DNA from: Candidatus Omnitrophota bacterium
GTDB taxonomy: Bacteria > Omnitrophota > Gorgyraeia > JAFGHF01
Length of the DNA stretch: 64,000 nucleotides
NCBI GenBank assembly: GCA_042571705.1
Contig: JBHPFV010000001.1
Coordinates: 110,630 to 174,629 of the forward strand
Reading direction: 5' to 3'
Every line of letters starts with the position of its first letter. The first letter of the stretch is position 1. The notes under the pieces were generated by a model. The model was not told the origin of the DNA, made no database searches, and saw only the letters and a list, made by a program, of their open reading frames with translations. A program made the translations under genes and the position numbers. Positions 62,028 through 64,000 of the stretch are shown here, one piece after another.

Positions 62028-63373
62028 GACATTCCTCAATCATGATTCCGGAGATTAAAGAGCTGCTCAGATTAAAACAAAAGGATCAGCTGCGCGAAGT
62101 GGTCAAAGAGATGCACCCGGCTGATATCGCCGATACCCTGTTCAATTTGGATATTAAAAAACAAGTCACCCTGATTAGCAGTATTGACAAGAAGCAAATG
62201 CTGGAAGTCTTTGATGAGCTGGGGGAAGATGAGCAGGCCCTGCTTTTGGATAGATTAGAGAGTGAGCTTTCCGCCTATCTTTTGAATGAGATGTCTTCTG
62301 ATGATCGGGCGGATTTGTTAAGCAGCCTGCCGGATGATGTGGCTGGCAAGTTCCTGAATTTAATGAGCGAGCCTGAGCGCCGGGATGTAGAAAAACTGCT
62401 CAAATACCCGGCCAATTCCGCCGGGAGCATCATGACCACTGAGTATGTCTCTTTGACGCCTGAACTTAGCGTAGCTCAGGCCGCCGAACTGATTAGGCAG
62501 GCCGCGCCCAAGAAAGAGACTATTTATTCTACTTACGTTACCGATCGCGACAATCGGCTGATCGGACAGGTCTCGCTGAAAGATATCTTTTTGGCCGATG
62601 GGGCGCTGCCGATCAAGAAGATTATGCACCACAAGGTAATTAAGGCCGGGGCTCATCAGGACCAGGAAGAGGTAGCCAAGATAGTGCGTAAATATAATCT
62701 CTTGGCCCTTCCGGTGACCGATAAAGACAGAAAGCTGGTCGGTATCGTTACGGTTGACGATATCCTTGATGTAGTCAGGGAAGAAAACACAGAAGACTTC
62801 TATAAGATGGCCGCGATGCTCGCTCCGGAAGACCCCTATTTTGAGACCGGCTTTTTTACTTTAGTCCGGCGCCGGATTGTCTGGCTGGTGATTCTTTTGG
62901 CCGCGGTCCAGTTTTCCGGGCAAATCCTAAAAAATTACGGTTTTGCCTTGGAGGCGGTGGTGGCCTTGTCTTTCTTTATTCCGATGCTGCTCAACACCGC
63001 CGGTAACGCCGGCACTCAATCGAGCACCACTATTATCCGCGGACTGGCGACGGGAGACATAGGAATTGATCAAGTGCTCACGGTTGTCCGCCGGGAAATG
63101 GTCTTGGGCCTAGTCCTGGGCGGGATCTTAGGCGTGCTGGGTGTGGGCCGGGCGCTGTTGTTGCAGACTAACCCCTTTGTCAGTTTGGCGGTGGGCTTGA
63201 CGCTGGCGGTGACTATTGTGATGGCTACTTTAACCGGGGCCTTGCTCCCGCTGCTTTTAAAAAGATTAAAGATTGACCCGGCTGTAGCTGCCGGACCGTT
63301 TATCTCAACTGTAGTGGATATCACCGCGCTGATTATCTATTTCGAAATCGCCAAGGTGCTGTTGGGGCTGTAG
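62024..63373 (+). CDS. mgtE: magnesium transporter MgtE
   Basis: ATG 62024 (ATGA overlap with uppP). MgtE N-domain, CBS pair and a TM domain (…NTAGNAGTQSSTTIIRGLATG…). Confidence 0.85.
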   Translation: MRHSSIMIPEIKELLRLKQKDQLREVVKEMHPADIADTLFNLDIKKQVTLISSIDKKQMLEVFDELGEDEQALLLDRLESELSAYLLNEMSSDDRADLLSSLPDDVAGKFLNLMSEPERRDVEKLLKYPANSAGSIMTTEYVSLTPELSVAQAAELIRQAAPKKETIYSTYVTDRDNRLIGQVSLKDIFLADGALPIKKIMHHKVIKAGAHQDQEEVAKIVRKYNLLALPVTDKDRKLVGIVTVDDILDVVREENTEDFYKMAAMLAPEDPYFETGFFTLVRRRIVWLVILLAAVQFSGQILKNYGFALEAVVALSFFIPMLLNTAGNAGTQSSTTIIRGLATGDIGIDQVLTVVRREMVLGLVLGGILGVLGVGRALLLQTNPFVSLAVGLTLAVTIVMATLTGALLPLLLKRLKIDPAVAAGPFISTVVDITALIIYFEIAKVLLGL

Positions 63374-63415
63374 TCCTTTTTGGTTTAAGCTGATGACGAC
63401 CTTTTAGCTTTAAGT

Positions 63416-63462
63416 GGGAACAGTTCCTGTGATTGGGCTAATAATTTGGAGGAACAGTTCCT
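63416..63462 (+). repeat. GGAAC-N-GTTCC-family hairpin (arms 63417-63427 / 63451-63461, loop containing GCTAATAATTTGGA)
   Basis: GGAACAGTTCC occurs twice, pairing 5+5 bp with a central A.A mismatch. It lies ~40 nt after the mgtE stop and directly before element copy B. Confidence 0.6.
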
Positions 63463-63484
63463 CACGGCGTATCCAGCAACAGTA

Positions 63485-63748
63485 ATATTATCTTTGCGGA
63501 GTGTTTTGTTAGCGAGCATCAGCAATTTTTTGGCAAGAGAGTTGTGAGTATTTATGGCGAGTGAGCGCCGAAACTGACCGAGAACCACCAGATTATTTGC
63601 TTACGAGGGAATTTCGGCAGGCGAAGGAGCCACCCTTCCCGCCAAACAAAATTTAATTTAGCACGGGTCACGAGTGAAGCGAGTGATAAATACCACAACT
63701 CGGCAAAAAATTGCAGCGAGCAAACAAAATACGTAGCAAAGATAATAT
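63485..63748 (+). ncRNA. copy B of the ~260-nt structured intergenic element (candidate novel ncRNA)
   Basis: Helices: 63485-97/63736-48; 63501-08/63725-32; 63522-32/63704-14; 63539-46/63694-701; 63548-55/63686-93; 63567-73/63612-18. A conserved 38-nt loop (CTGACCGAGA..CACCAGATTAT...CTTACGAGGGAA) is shared with copy A. Confidence 0.55.
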
Positions 63749-63759
63749 AGGGAGGCATC

Positions 63760-64000
63760 ATGAGTGGGATTTTTGGTGTAGTTTCAAAGCAAAATTGTAC
63801 AGAGACTTTATTTTGGGGTACGGATTACCATTCGCATCTAGGTACTGAATACGGCGGGATCGCTGTTCTGGGCGATGGTTTTATCCGCCAGATCCATAGC
63901 ATTAACCAGACTCAGTTTAAATCGAAGTTTTATGACGATTATAGAAAGATCAAAGGCCACAAAGGCATCGGCGTCATTAGCGCCCTGGAAGAGCAGCCGA
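63760..64000 (+). CDS. class II (Ntn) glutamine amidotransferase / amidophosphoribosyltransferase-like protein, 3' end outside window; Ser replaces the nucleophile Cys
   Basis: ATG 63760 lies 5 nt after GGGAGG and the frame is open to the window end. The N-terminus MSGIFGVVSK...GIGVIS parallels the PurF/GlmS-type MCGI(F/V)G, but with S at position 2. Confidence 0.55.
   Translation, partial: MSGIFGVVSKQNCTETLFWGTDYHSHLGTEYGGIAVLGDGFIRQIHSINQTQFKSKFYDDYRKIKGHKGIGVISALEEQP

Noticed and set aside
1-64000. Search for rRNA, tRNA, tmRNA, RNase P, CRISPR arrays, integrases/transposases, and toxin-antitoxin or known defence genes
   Set aside because: By eye I found none of the following in the intergenic regions or the ORF set: cloverleaf-compatible sequences, conserved RNase P or tmRNA boxes, short-repeat/spacer arrays, or recombinase or nuclease-type ORFs. 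tRNAscan and Rfam scans would be the decisive check.

Overview
This is a gene-dense 64-kb window with about 50 CDS, nearly all on the + strand, and many 1-4 nt start/stop overlaps. I found no rRNA, tRNA, CRISPR array, transposase or integrase.

The gene content points to a diderm bacterium. My guess, as inference only, is an uncultivated lineage such as Omnitrophota.
- Envelope biogenesis: bamD, lptE, lptF/G, lolCE-lolD, lnt, mlaE/F/D, murJ, uppP, secA.
- Information processing: holA, rpsT, uvrC, a small MGMT, prfB with the classical CUU-UGA-C +1 frameshift, lysS, radA.
- Other core functions: mcsA-mcsB-clpC, pfkA and a class II aldolase-like gene.

The left 26 kb is accessory and is the interesting part.
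- It opens with beta-glucoside genes: a GH94 phosphorylase, a GH116-like glucosidase and an orphan solute-binding protein.
- An operon follows that encodes a lectin-like secreted protein, four paralogous secreted beta-rich subunits and a two-domain Ig-like chaperone-like protein.
- A separately promoted 1101-aa composite outer-membrane barrel comes next. Together these make a candidate non-canonical surface-fibre assembly system.
- After that come a PilZ-ROK fusion regulator with an SD-sequestering leader, a membrane-anchored coiled-coil protein, and a 2805-2820-aa exported protein. That protein has about 26 isolated TPR units spaced by E/R/K-rich helices and contains nucleotide-perfect in-frame duplications.
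- The block ends with a small OM barrel that seems to need an ATT start, and a canonical PilZ protein.

Independently, two intergenic copies of a ~260-nt element (37902-38160 and 63485-63748) share at least six helices supported by compensatory changes. This is a candidate new structured RNA.

Other points:
- A family of GGAAC-N-GTTCC hairpins sits at gene 3' ends.
- mlaF is broken by a 28-nt templated inverted insertion.
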